Assembly: GCA_002256025.1 (NCBI GenBank)
Contig: NKIB01013413.1
Location: 1-57,998 of the forward strand
Direction of reading: 5' to 3'
DNA: 57,998 nt
Source of the DNA: Asterionella formosa
Taxonomy: Eukaryota
The position numbers and the translations under genes were made by a program. Numbering within the stretch: the first letter of the stretch is position 1; each line of letters starts with the position of its first letter. The notes under the pieces were generated by a model. That model was not told the DNA's origin, did no database searches, and saw only the letters and a program-made list of their open reading frames with translations. Positions 10,788 to 21,894 of this stretch are shown one piece after another.

Positions 10788-13004
10788 ATGAGCGGTACGT
10801 CTTTGATTCCCTCGTTGATGGTCGCGTGAATATGAAAGGATTGGGGAATGAGAACTCTGATCCATTGGGCTGAGGAGAGGAAACGGACTAGCCTTTGGAA
10901 GGAGCTGGATATTTCGTCATTTTGTGAATCTTCCTGATTTAGCGCGCCTTTTCCGAACCCTGCCTGGGTTTTTTATGTCACCGGCATTTTCTACTTCTGT
11001 GTCAACGGACCCTTCTCTTACCCGTCTCTTACCCTAATCACTGCAGCTGTCACTGGTGAATCCGTCGGTATTGACTTGGGTACTACTTACTCCTGCGTTG
11101 GAGTCTGGCAAAACGACCGTGTCGAGATCATTGCGAATGACCAAGGTAACCGCACAACTCCGTCCTACGTGGCTTTCACCGAAACCGAGCGTCTCATTGG
11201 AGATGCCGCCAAGTCACAGGCCGCGATGAACGCATCAAACACTGTTTTTGATGCTAAGCGTCTCATCGGACGCAAGTTCACAGACGCCAGTGTCCAAGCC
11301 GACATGAAGCACTGGCCTTTCAAGGTCGTGTCCGGAACCGGCGGAACCCCCATTATTGAGGTCGAGTATAAGGGAGAAACCAAGCAGTTCAAGGCTGAGG
11401 AGATATCCTCAATGGTTCTCATGAAGATGAGAGAAATCGCCGAAGCCTACCTCGGAAAAGAAGTCAAGAACGCTGTCGTCACTGTGCCTGCTTACTTCAA
11501 TGACTCCCAGCGTCAGGCGACCAAGGATGCTGGATCCATTTCGGGACTCAACGTTCTTCGTATCATTAATGAGCCCACCGCTGCTGCCATTGCATACGGT
11601 CTTGACAAGAAGGGAGACGAGAAGAATGTCCTCATCTTCGATCTTGGAGGTGGAACCTTTGATGTGTCTCTTTTGACCATTGAAGAAGGTATCTTTGAGG
11701 TCAAGGCCACTGCTGGAGATACTCATTTGGGTGGTGAAGATTTCGATAACCGCATGGTAGACTACTTCCTTCAGGACTTCAAGCGTCGCCACCGCAAGGA
11801 TATGAGCGAGAACCAACGTTCCCTCCGTCGTCTTAGAACTGCTTGCGAACGTGCCAAGCGAACCCTTTCATCATCTACTCAAGCTCACATTGAGATTGAC
11901 TCACTCTTTGATGGAGTCGATTTCAACTCCACTATCACGCGTGCTCGTTTCGAGGATCTGTGCATGGACTACTTCAAGAAGTGTATGGACCCTTGCGAAA
12001 AAGTCTTGCGTGATGCCAAGATTTCGAAGAACGCTGTTGACGAAATCGTCCTCGTCGGTGGTTCCACCCGTATTCCAAAGGTTCAGAATATGCTTTCAGA
12101 ATTTTTCAACGGAAAGGAGCTTTGCAAGGCGATCAACCCTGACGAAGCTGTTGCTTATGGTGCAACCGTTCAGGCTGCCATTCTGTCGGGAAGTGATAAG
12201 TCAGAGAAGCTTTCCGAGCTCCTCCTTCTCGATGTTACACCACTTTCTCTTGGGCTTGAGACCGCTGGAGGTGTCATGACCACCCTTATCAAGCGTAACA
12301 CAACTGTACCAGCCAAGAAGACTCAGACATTCTCCACATACGCTGATAACCAGCCCGGTGTGTTGATCCAAGTCTTTGAGGGAGAACGCTCCATGACACG
12401 TGATAACAACCTTTTGGGTAAGTTCAACCTCGACGGTATCCCACCTATGCCTCGTGGGCAACCCCAAATTGATGTTTGTTTCGACATTGATGCAAACGGT
12501 ATCTTGAATGTTTCTGCATTGGAGAAGTCGACTGGAAAGGAACAAAAGATTACAATTACCAACGACAAGGGTCGCCTTTCACAAGAGGAGATCGAGCGCA
12601 TGGTCGAGGAAGCCGAGAAGTACAAGGCCGAGGACGATGCCAACAAGAATCGTGTGGAATCAAAGAACGGACTCGAAAACTACTGCTACTCCCTCAAGTC
12701 TTCCATTGAAGGCGCAGAAGTCAAGGCTAAAATGGCCCCTGACGATTTGCAGGCTCTCGAGGCCGCTATCGATGACACTGTGAAGTGGCTCGATGCTAAT
12801 GCCACCGCCGAGAAGGAGGAGTTCGACGAGAAGAAAAGTGCACTCGAGGCAATCGCATTGCCAATCCTTCAGAAGATGGGTGGTGGCATGCCAGGGGCTG
12901 ACGGTATGCCGGACATGGGAGGCATGCCTGACATGGGAGGTATGGGAGGTGCTCCGCCTGCCGCTGACCCTGCTGGAGGGCCCACTATTGAGGAAATCGA
13001 CTAA
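10788..13004 (+). CDS. HSP70: Cytosolic HSP70; exons 10788-10794 and 11047-13004
   Basis: A 7-nt first exon (ATGAGCG) and GT-AG intron 10795-11046 give [18 protein letters not shown]. Also [22 protein letters not shown] repeats and C-terminal GPTIEEID. Confidence 0.98.
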
Positions 13005-13185
13005 ATTGTGGTTTCTTCAATTTGATCTTAGTCTTTTTTAATACCCATAATAATTCAATGACAAATAAGTACCTTCTCCAACTTTCTATGATTTGATTTA
13101 CTATTCTCTGGATGTTATCCGGTGCATGTGGCCCAACAGTGCTCTAAATTCAAAAAATTGTATGAGGATAACAGTTTATAATTAA

Positions 13186-16100
13186 TTAATAATGCACATA
13201 TTTTAATTGCGATACACAGATGCTTAAGTCACTGAACATCGGCGACACGTCATCCACAACCTTGAAGAGTCTGGGAATATTGCAAGGCTTGCTTTCCATA
13301 ACATCAAGGCCAGCTTCTTTGAATTTCATTAGCTCACTGCGTTCAAAATCGTCAACGTATGCAGCTGTCAAGGCACAGATTGGCTGGCGAGCTCCAGGGC
13401 GAGAAATGTCTTCCCACTGTCGAAGGGCTTTTGTTGCTTCGAACCCATTCATCACAGGCATATCTATATCCATAAAAGCAATATCGTAGATAGATTCCTT
13501 TAGCTTCTTGACACCTTCAACACCGTTCTCGGCGGTGTCGACAATGAAATTTGCCTTCTCAAAAGCGCGGGCAACCATCTTCCGTGTCACTAAACTATCA
13601 TCAACAATCAACACTTTGCGCTTTAGTTTGCCTTGGCGCCAACCATCAAGGCCACTGTTCATACAATGGTAGCGAAGCTGTCTTAAAATCGTGAGCGATG
13701 CCTCAGCATACTGTGTCAAGATGATGTCTTGCTGCTCGGGATCATCCTCGTGCTCCATCATCTCCTTCGCCATTGCCTTCAATTCGTCAAGTTTAGCCTC
13801 AAACGGCGGGAACATAGTAATTCTGGCCTTAATCTTGTTCTTTCGCTCGGATTGGGATGTATTACTTCTCGAGCTGCGCTCGTCCGAGTCTGATCGGCAC
13901 ATGCTTTGTCTAGAGCTACAAAGGGAGCTCTTGACAGATGAATTCCTGTAAGCCATATCGTGATAATCAGACTCAGATAAACCATCCATGCTTGGCGTAG
14001 GAGACCTTCGTTTCCTGCTACTTTGATCTACCGACATATCAAGCATACCCTCTGACCTTGCAAACACATCAGATATGGGGTGTTCACTTCTTTCCTCGCT
14101 GCTGCTTCTATCCTGCATGGCATCCTGTGATTCCGTGGATACTTGAGTGATTTGGTGAATGCCGTCGTTGGTTCCCTTGAGGCCTCCCCATGTCCACGGT
14201 ATGTCCTCCATTGTCGAAAGGTCCATACCGACTGATTCTGAGTACTTTTGTCCAACGTCAAGAAACTGATCACGAATCTCATCTGCAACACCGCTATCTA
14301 GAGCCGCAAGGAGATCCCCACGCAGTTTGAGGTTGATGTAACCATCGCTCCCCCTATCACCTTCGCCACCATCGGACTCGTAAAAGTACTTTCTTAAGGT
14401 AATAAGCTCATCTTCGTCGAAAGGAATCTTGCTGAGCCAACCAAGTATGCGCAAGTATGCGTTCTGCGATGGAGTACCGTGCACTTCGTTAACTGTCGAC
14501 ACAAAGTCAGGAGTCAAATACTCCTCCCGAGCATCTTGCCCACCACTCGCTGCATCAGCGGTATTCATGGGATTTTCTCTTGTTTGTCGTGCGGCACGAT
14601 TGCTTTCCATCCACTGCAAAATAGTTTTCATCTGTTCGTCTCTTCTGATACGAAAACATTCTTCGTTGCTCAAGTTGTGAGCATAGACTGCAAGAGACCC
14701 GATTGCGACCATCGGTGGTCCAGCATGAAATCCTTTCATCCTCTTCATCGGAACCCAACGGTTTGAGATAATTCCTGCAACTATATGGCATTGTGCCGCC
14801 TGGCTCAAGCAACAGTTGTCAAGATCAAGTTCTTCAAGGCGAGGGTGCTGCGCTAATGTAAATCCCATAGCAATGGCTCCCGAAATCTTCATAATGTTAC
14901 CTGAAAGACCAAGATACGTGATGGACTCACATCCAATCAGCGTTTTCATCAAGGTGCTACAACCACGGCTTCCAATCTGATTGAAGCTCAAGTTCAGTCG
15001 AGAGAGTTGGTGCATACTGTGTAAAGATGCAGCAACTAGCTGACAGCCTTGATCCCCGATAGCGTTGTTATCGAGCGACAGACTGACGATATTATGTTGA
15101 AGAAGCTTATTCATAATTGTCTCTACTCCGGAAGGACCAATGTCATTGTTGGACAAACGAAGATCAACAAAATGGATCGTGTTACGCTTTGTAATCGCTC
15201 TAGTCAGACGTGCTGTTCCATCGTTTCCAAGATCATTATTAGACAGGTCTAGTCGGTCTAGGAAAGGCATCGCCACGTGACTAGCAGCTCCCTTACTTTC
15301 CAAAAAATCAACCAGTTTGTTGGCACCTAGGGGTCCAATTTTGTTTGATGGAATACTGAGTTCTTTGACAGCGCTGTGGGGTCCGAGTCCAAATAGCAGT
15401 TGATACAATGACTCGCCACTCAACGACGATGCTCCGAGGTGGAACAGCTGCAACCCATGATCCGCTGAACAACACTTGCTTTCAGTCATTGATTTTGTAC
15501 TTGTGCTTGTACGTTTTCTCGATCGAGCACTGTGTGATCCCGTGACTTCATGCTTGTGATGAAATTCGTCTTCCTCGTCCGATTCACCTTCATCATCAAA
15601 TCCAGAGCTTCCAGACTTGAATAGCTTCGTCCGTTTCCGGGATTTGAATCCATCCCCAGGCGATAATGCTTGACCGAGATCTTTGGCAGCTCGATACGAT
15701 ATGTAATTGCCAGACATCACTAACCCTCTTAAGGGAGCGATATTCTTCCGTTTACGTTTTGCAAGTGCTCTAGCGAATGCAAGAATGCCCTTTTCGTCAA
15801 TACCGCAGAAACTTACGTCGATCGTTTGTATAACCGAACCCTCCAAGTAGATTAATTCAGATAGCATCTCCATTCCGGCGTTGCCCATGTAAGTATATGA
15901 TAGATTGATTACAGAGATTGGAGCGCATAACCGACGCATCGGTTCCATTGGTGGAGTCGGACTACTCGATGATATTTGCTGCAGGCTTGAATCTGTCAGC
16001 GAATCCGACGATACTGCTCTTTGCCGTGATTGCGAGCTCGTATTCCGCCGCCTATGAGAAGTCCCAAGTTTTGTGAAGGGCGAAATACCAGTAATTTCTG

Positions 16101-17492
16101 GCGGCGCCGCTGGAAGTTGTTCAGAGTCGAATTTGAATTCTGCTAGAGCGGATGAAAAGTCTCGACCATTTGAATTCATTGCTTTATAAAGAAAATGACC
16201 GATGTCCTTAATCGATATTCGCCCCATCAGTACCAAAACAATGAATTTGACGTCGGGTTCTGATACTCTAATCATCCCTAGATCAAGGACAACTCCCGTT
16301 CTCACCGCTTTTAGCGCAGATAAGGGATCAAAACCTTTGATTTCCAGGCTACTATCACCCTTCATAAGCTCGATTTCCATCTTCTGGATTGGGTCAGAGA
16401 TTGTGGATTCCACATGGGCCTTTCCGAAATTCAAAGCTCCACCACTTGCTGCCTCTAGAATAATTTTCTGTAGTGGATCGTCTCCAGCTGACATGCTCAA
16501 TCCAAGATTTCCAGATGCTTGACTCAGGAGGGCTTGATAGGCAGCTGCATCGTCGGCTACCAATGTAATTGTATTGGTGGCAAAACTTTTAAGAAGATCA
16601 TCCTCAAATTGCGGTTTTTGCACTTCCGTGCATTTTGCTGCTTCAATCGCGTGTAATAATATTGCTGCTATTCGAGTGATTCGGTTAACACGAATTGCGA
16701 ATTCTTGGTCATTAGCTACCTCCTCTTGTACAATCATGCCTTGAACAGGATGATGAATATACTCAATGACCTTTGTGGCCAACCAGATCCAATCTCCTTC
16801 CAATGTTTGCCTCCTTACATACGCCTCAACATTGGGCTCAGCATTATCCCAAAACGCATTCTTTATTGCGATGAAACCAGGAAGATCTTCGTCGTAAACA
16901 TTTTCAAACCTAATGGACAAAGAAAGGTGTGAGCGGGCCATTCTGTCATGGGAAACTTTGCATGTTTGAATGCTGGAACTTGCGGCAAACGCAAGGCTTA
17001 CCATGACGTCATCAGCAAAGCATTGGGAGGAATGCCAGTTATTGTCTCTGTTGCTTCTAGGATCGTTCCTAATGGAACATTCATTGGAAAAGGTTAGAAT
17101 CATGGTCATCCACTCCGGTTTTCGCGTACCACGACGGGCCTTGCAAACTTACCGTCGTTGGCAATTGTGAGATAGTGTGTGGTCGGTCTGGCTGGCAACT
17201 GCTCCTCCATTTGCATCTCTCGTAGCTTCTCCTGTTCCTTCTGCACCATCATTTCCAGTAGCGATTGCATATTGCCAGACGAGTTGTTCATTTGGTAGCC
17301 TGCCATCATCTCATGAAGCAAGCTTTGCGCAGCGGATCCATCCTGCGCCGCCATGGCCACCTGAAAAGGATCAAAGTCCTGTAAGAGATTCACCATCGCT
17401 GCTTCTTCAACCCCTTCTAGTGTTGGGCATTGCTCTTTGACGGTCGCTGCTTTGGCAGCCGCCTCAGCCGCCGCTTGCGCTGCAGCCATCAT
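13186..17492 (-). CDS. PAS domain - RNI-like LRR - response-regulator receiver protein; exons 17492-17153, 17068-17002 and 16909-13186
   Basis: Two phase-compatible GT-AG introns (17152-17069 and 17001-16910) build a PAS-like segment. LRRs of the type LDLSNNDLGNDG and LSLDNNAIGDQG. Receiver motifs VLIVDD, AFMDIDMPVMNG, ALTA and SKP. Confidence 0.85.
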
Positions 17493-17618
17493 CTTCACTG
17501 GTCTTCGTGTGGCTAGAGTGGTGGCTCTCTTCGGCACCTTGCTTGTGGCACATAAAACACATTTCGTTTGTACAAGGACTGGTATGTATATTTATAGCTG
17601 GTAAACCGGTACTTGGTA

Positions 17619-17713
17619 CCAGCAAGTTGCGGTCATTTTGCTTAAATAAACAATTTAATCTGGGATAAACAAAGCTAAACCTTTAGTTCAGCAAAATTAC
17701 CGCAACTTGCAGG
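17619..17713. mobile_element. MITE copy 2
   Basis: TA|CCAGCAAGTTGCGGTCATTTTGCT...AGCAAAATTACCGCAACTTGCAGG|CA. The core is 81 bp, the same length as in copy 1. Confidence 0.8.
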
Positions 17714-17794
17714 CACGGAGTGCAGTACCGGTACTTAATTAATTGTTTAAAAAAATGGAGGACCAGTATGCACTTATTGTGGAGAATAGAGTCA

Positions 17795-18046
17795 TCATAC
17801 AAAGGTGTCCACCGAATGTCGTGCTTTGCCGCCAGCCAGCACGACGTAAGTGACCGGGGGAAACGATGAAGGACTCCAAGGACTGCTATTGTGCCGCAAC
17901 TCGGAACAAGTTTCTTGCCAATTATTCTGACGAAGCCTCCAACAATAATTGGGATCAGTGAGGTTCGCAGCCTCCACGAAGAAGCCTGATGAGAACAGGA
18001 AAACTATAATCACAATTAACAATTGATGAAGTAACCGTAATGTCAT
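17795..18046 (-). CDS. Small ORF with signal-peptide-like N-terminus; may be a gene fragment
   Basis: Starts MTLRLLHQLLIVIIVFLFSSGFFVEA-AN; 83 aa; no recognised family. Confidence 0.3.
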   Translation of the reverse strand: MTLRLLHQLLIVIIVFLFSSGFFVEAANLTDPNYCWRLRQNNWQETCSELRHNSSPWSPSSFPPVTYVVLAGGKARHSVDTFV

Positions 18047-18982
18047 TAAATTCTCCGAAATATAGAGCGGCTTTGTTCGATGTCTTTAAGAGCAAAGACA
18101 CCATCATTATATACACATCTACCTTGATAGCCTAGCTCCCGGTAGGCAACAAGGTACTCACCAGAATGCCGATAGAGCAAAGCAGACTAGCGGTATGTGT
18201 AGACTCCCCAACGACCACGGGGCATTGTATGACATGACAAGGTGATCGCAGCAAAAAATTTCTTACCATGTACCGGGATTTCAAATGTTGCAACATTGCT
18301 CCTGGATCCAGGCGAGGAACTCAAAACAATTTGAATCAATCTATACACTATACCATATTCGTACCTTTGACAGTACCAGGTACTAGGTACATACTTGAGA
18401 GTTGATCGAAATTCCGATGCGTGCTAGTACTGGCTTCCATGCGAAGAATGAGCACCTAGTTGTATATTATTCGTTCATGTTCATTTTTGAACATAACATG
18501 AGCATAGTCTTGTTCAAAATTACCAAGGCTACTTGATTGTTTCTATGTGTTCTGTTTACATATGTTAGCCCTATCCCCCATTTATCTAGGTACTATTTTT
18601 GCGTTACTTATTTAAAGTCGTAAAACCTTGGCCCTCAATTTTGAGCAAAGTACCTGGTACCAACCAGCAGCTATCATTGGCGGTGCAACCATTGTCCCTA
18701 CAGCTCACAACACATTCCTGTGCACAGTATGTGGGGGTGTCATGAATGACCTATAAAGGCCCCAACAACGAAAATAGGGGAGTCAAGTCCTGTCCTGCTA
18801 ATGAGCCGTACAGTCCATCATAACTGGCTGGTACTATTGTCGTTCGCGAGAATGCAAAACAACCTCTAAAAGGCATACCAGCTATTGGATTTCACCTTAC
18901 ATTTAAAGCTAAAACGTTCACAAAGTAAACATAATACGGAGTTTTCATTCAAGATAAACCATCATTCAATCACCAGGAAAAC

Positions 18983-19916
18983 CTAGAGCGTCTTCTTGGC
19001 CCCAACAAAAGCGAACTCCATACCTTCTTCGCCCTCCTCGTCATTTAGCAGACCTTGCCGCTCCGCAACACCGCTGCTTCCTCCGGCACCACCTGTTGAT
19101 GCGTGAGCAGTCTTGAGCCCGCTCATCTTTGCGTTGAATTGAGCCGCAAAGAGTTGCAATCGCCGCTTGGTGATTTCTCCCATGTCTGCGAAAGCGAGTA
19201 ATAAAGAATGTCAGTAAGGAACGAGAATGAAACATCAAGCTTGAGAAAGCCACCGACCAAGACTACCACGTCATACAAATTCATTTCAGGTACAAATGCA
19301 ATTGATTTTACGCACCTGCGACCTTCTCCATAAAGTTGGAACCATCATCTCCAGTTCGCTTTGCACCTCCATGTCTAACGGGAGGTTCCCCCACTAGAGC
19401 AGCCTGATTGGTAGGTCGACCACCGACAGTTCTGGGCCGTCCTCGTGCAAGGTGAGCAAATTCGGGGTTATTGGCTAGCTCTTGCGAAAAGAGTTCATCC
19501 TGTAACATGCGAGCCAGGGCCTCGTCATCAGCAGTGGTAGATCCTGTAAGCGCACCACTGCCTGTGGGAATTCGAAGGAAATCTGGCGGCAACACGACTG
19601 GTGTTCCGCGGCCCTTCTTTGCGTTCGTTGTAGCAGTTGCCGCAGAATTGCTGTAGTCTTGCGTCCTTGTCCGCCCCTCAACGGCCATCTGCCTGGCAAT
19701 TTCCTCGTCCATTCTAATCGTACTGCCTAGGTCACCGCCTTTGAGTTTTTTGACGAGCGCTGCTGGATCTCCTTCACCATGTTGCAGAATGCTTTCCACA
19801 GTATTTTCCATGTGGCCTTGGAAATGTCGAAGCACAGCATCCAGAGTTTCGCGGGTCCAAGGAGCGCCGAACATGGCCTCCAAGGTTCCTAGCGCTTCCT
19901 CGTATGTGATGGACAT
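18983..19916 (-). CDS. CUE (ubiquitin-binding) domain protein; exons 19916-19316 and 19185-18983
   Basis: N-terminal ALGTLEAMF...LDAVLRHFQGHMENTVESIL, plus DEEIARQM and DEALARMLQ motifs. Phase-1 GT-AG intron 19315-19186. Confidence 0.85.
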
Positions 19917-20059
19917 GGCGGGCTATCAAAGGAAACAAAATCGACGGGAGATGCTTCGCTCACCGACACAACACCATTGCTGAGCTGAGAGAGCTGTGAA
20001 TTAAGTATTTTATCCTATGGTTTTTTTAATTGATTCTATGCTGTATGACTCCATGTGGA

Positions 20060-20450
20060 CCAGCTACCTGGTACCTGGCACCGGTACCCCCCTGGTAACA
20101 ACACCTCGTACTCTATATAGTACGCTGGTACTGTACCTGTTGCCAGGTAGTGTCAGTCATGTGGGCACGATTGATGCTGCTTCGTGCCCGACTGTATCTT
20201 TCGTTGCGTACATACCAGTGCTTACCGTACTAGCGGCAGCCTACCGGTATGTACCGAGTGGCGATTTCCATTTCTTCTTGCTATATTTTAATTTTTCTAG
20301 CATACCGGTGTATGGATAGCAATACCGGAAGAGACATCAGACTTGCAGGTTGGGAGTACTTACCGGTACGCAACATTTAGGTAGCTATATTACCGACTCC
20401 ACGTATACTACCGGTAGAATAACTACCATGGACTACCAGTACCAGTATAG
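20060..20450. repeat. Cluster of TA-CC(W)GG-TA and GTAC words in a divergent promoter region
   Basis: Repeated TACCTGGTA, ACCGGTAC, CCAGGTA and TACCGGTA words. Confidence 0.7.
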
Positions 20451-20695
20451 TTATACGACGATATCTCACGTCCATGCGCACTGGACATGCTACGTGTACG
20501 TTCATATGAAGAAACGGGCCAAAGACGAGTCGGATTTTCTCGCCTGTCCTGCGATTCCACCTTGGAAAGGATCCTGATGCAATGGATCACATTTCGATGA
20601 TTTTACTAGATATGCTATTACCTCGTACTTGTACCGGTATGTACTGGGCCACAACTCCAGCGCAGACTTGACCATTACACATTGTTCCGAGCATC

Positions 20696-21725
20696 ATGTT
20701 GGTTGCCTCCTCCCGCCGCTGGATGCGCCCAGCCTTTCGGTTAGCTACCCCCATCCGGACTCTGTCGGCTTCTCCACCGTTGACCACGACCTTCGAGTAT
20801 CCTCCTTTGAAATCCCCAGTTGTGCTTGACGAAGATATGGCCCTGGGAGTGCAAGATGCAGTTGACTTGTTTATTCGCCATGGAATTGGTCGTCAGCGTC
20901 TGCTTTCTTTGGCGGCAGCGAAGATCCCCACTGTTCAAAAGTGGCAATGCATGATGGAATGCTTTCTGGCCACTCAGATTCACGTCTTGGCCGGCTTGGG
21001 ATACTCTGCGGACGAAGCTGGGCTTTCCGCTTTTCATACCCATTTAGAACAGTTTGCCCAGACTGCCACACCCGTAGCACAAGAACTGATCCGCGAGAAT
21101 GGACGAGATACTTGGAGACTTGTTCTTTCGACCGCGTTTGATTTGGATATACAAGATTTTGAAGAAAAAAGTATCGGTACGTTGCACTTTTAAGATCCAG
21201 ATGTATCAGTTATTCATTACCATGACGGGGACTAACAACCTCGTCATTCCCAAAAGTCGATGCTCGCAACATTATGCACAAGGTCGCAGAAAAGATGCAG
21301 AATGAAGAAATACTTAAAATTGTACAAACTAGATGTGCTTCTCTTCCGCCTGTGGAGGATAAACAGATTGACGCGGCACAACGACATCATGTCGTGCAGC
21401 AAATACTGGTTAACGACGTTTACTTGGGTGGGGATCCGTCCTTGGTAGAGGAATGTGGATTTGGAAAGGGTGAAAAAGGATACGCGCTTATGCAAATTGT
21501 CATGGCCGAGCACCAAAACGACCCTATGGTCGGGCAGTACATAGGTACCAGTAAGTCCCAGAACTCATCCAATATTGTGTCTCACATGCATAACTTACCG
21601 GTACTCATCACCTGACAATAACGGCGAGCTAACGTGAAATATGATACTTTCCTCCAACAGGTATGATGCGGCTCATGGCAAGTGCGGGAATTGATGTGGG
21701 ATCGATGCAACAGGCCGCATCTTAA
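20696..21725 (+). CDS. Hypothetical protein, probably mitochondrion-targeted; exons 20696-21176, 21257-21550 and 21661-21725
   Basis: Two phase-1 GT-AG introns with CTAAC branch points join three frames seamlessly. The N-terminus MLVASSRRWMRPAFRLATPIRTLSAS is R/S-rich and lacks acidic residues. Confidence 0.8.
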
Positions 21726-21894
21726 AGAATATGATACAACTTGACATAGTACACTAATATAGTTTCTTTTCCGGCGATGAAATTCGACAACCAATATGTG
21801 CAACTGTGAAGACAACTGGGCGTTCTTTACTTAGCCCTACTTTCGCTTCGCTATTATATTCCCCATTTTACCATACTAGTATCTTAGCTCAGAA

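Noticed and set aside
10430..10789. N-terminal 120 aa of the 347-aa TIM22 ORF
   Set aside because: Non-ATG start running through the HSP70 promoter and 5' UTR, with no Tim22-like sequence.
10795..11046. U14 snoRNA in the HSP70 intron
   Set aside because: U14 domain A and domain B sequences are not present.
11165..12646. Antisense ORFs over HSP70, and similar ones over the kinase, LRR, BRWD-like and aquaporin genes
   Set aside because: Shadow frames of strongly coding genes with no independent motifs.
18188..18260. Faint resemblance to the start of 5.8S rRNA
   Set aside because: The conserved GATGAAGAACGCAGC core is missing and there is no flanking rDNA.
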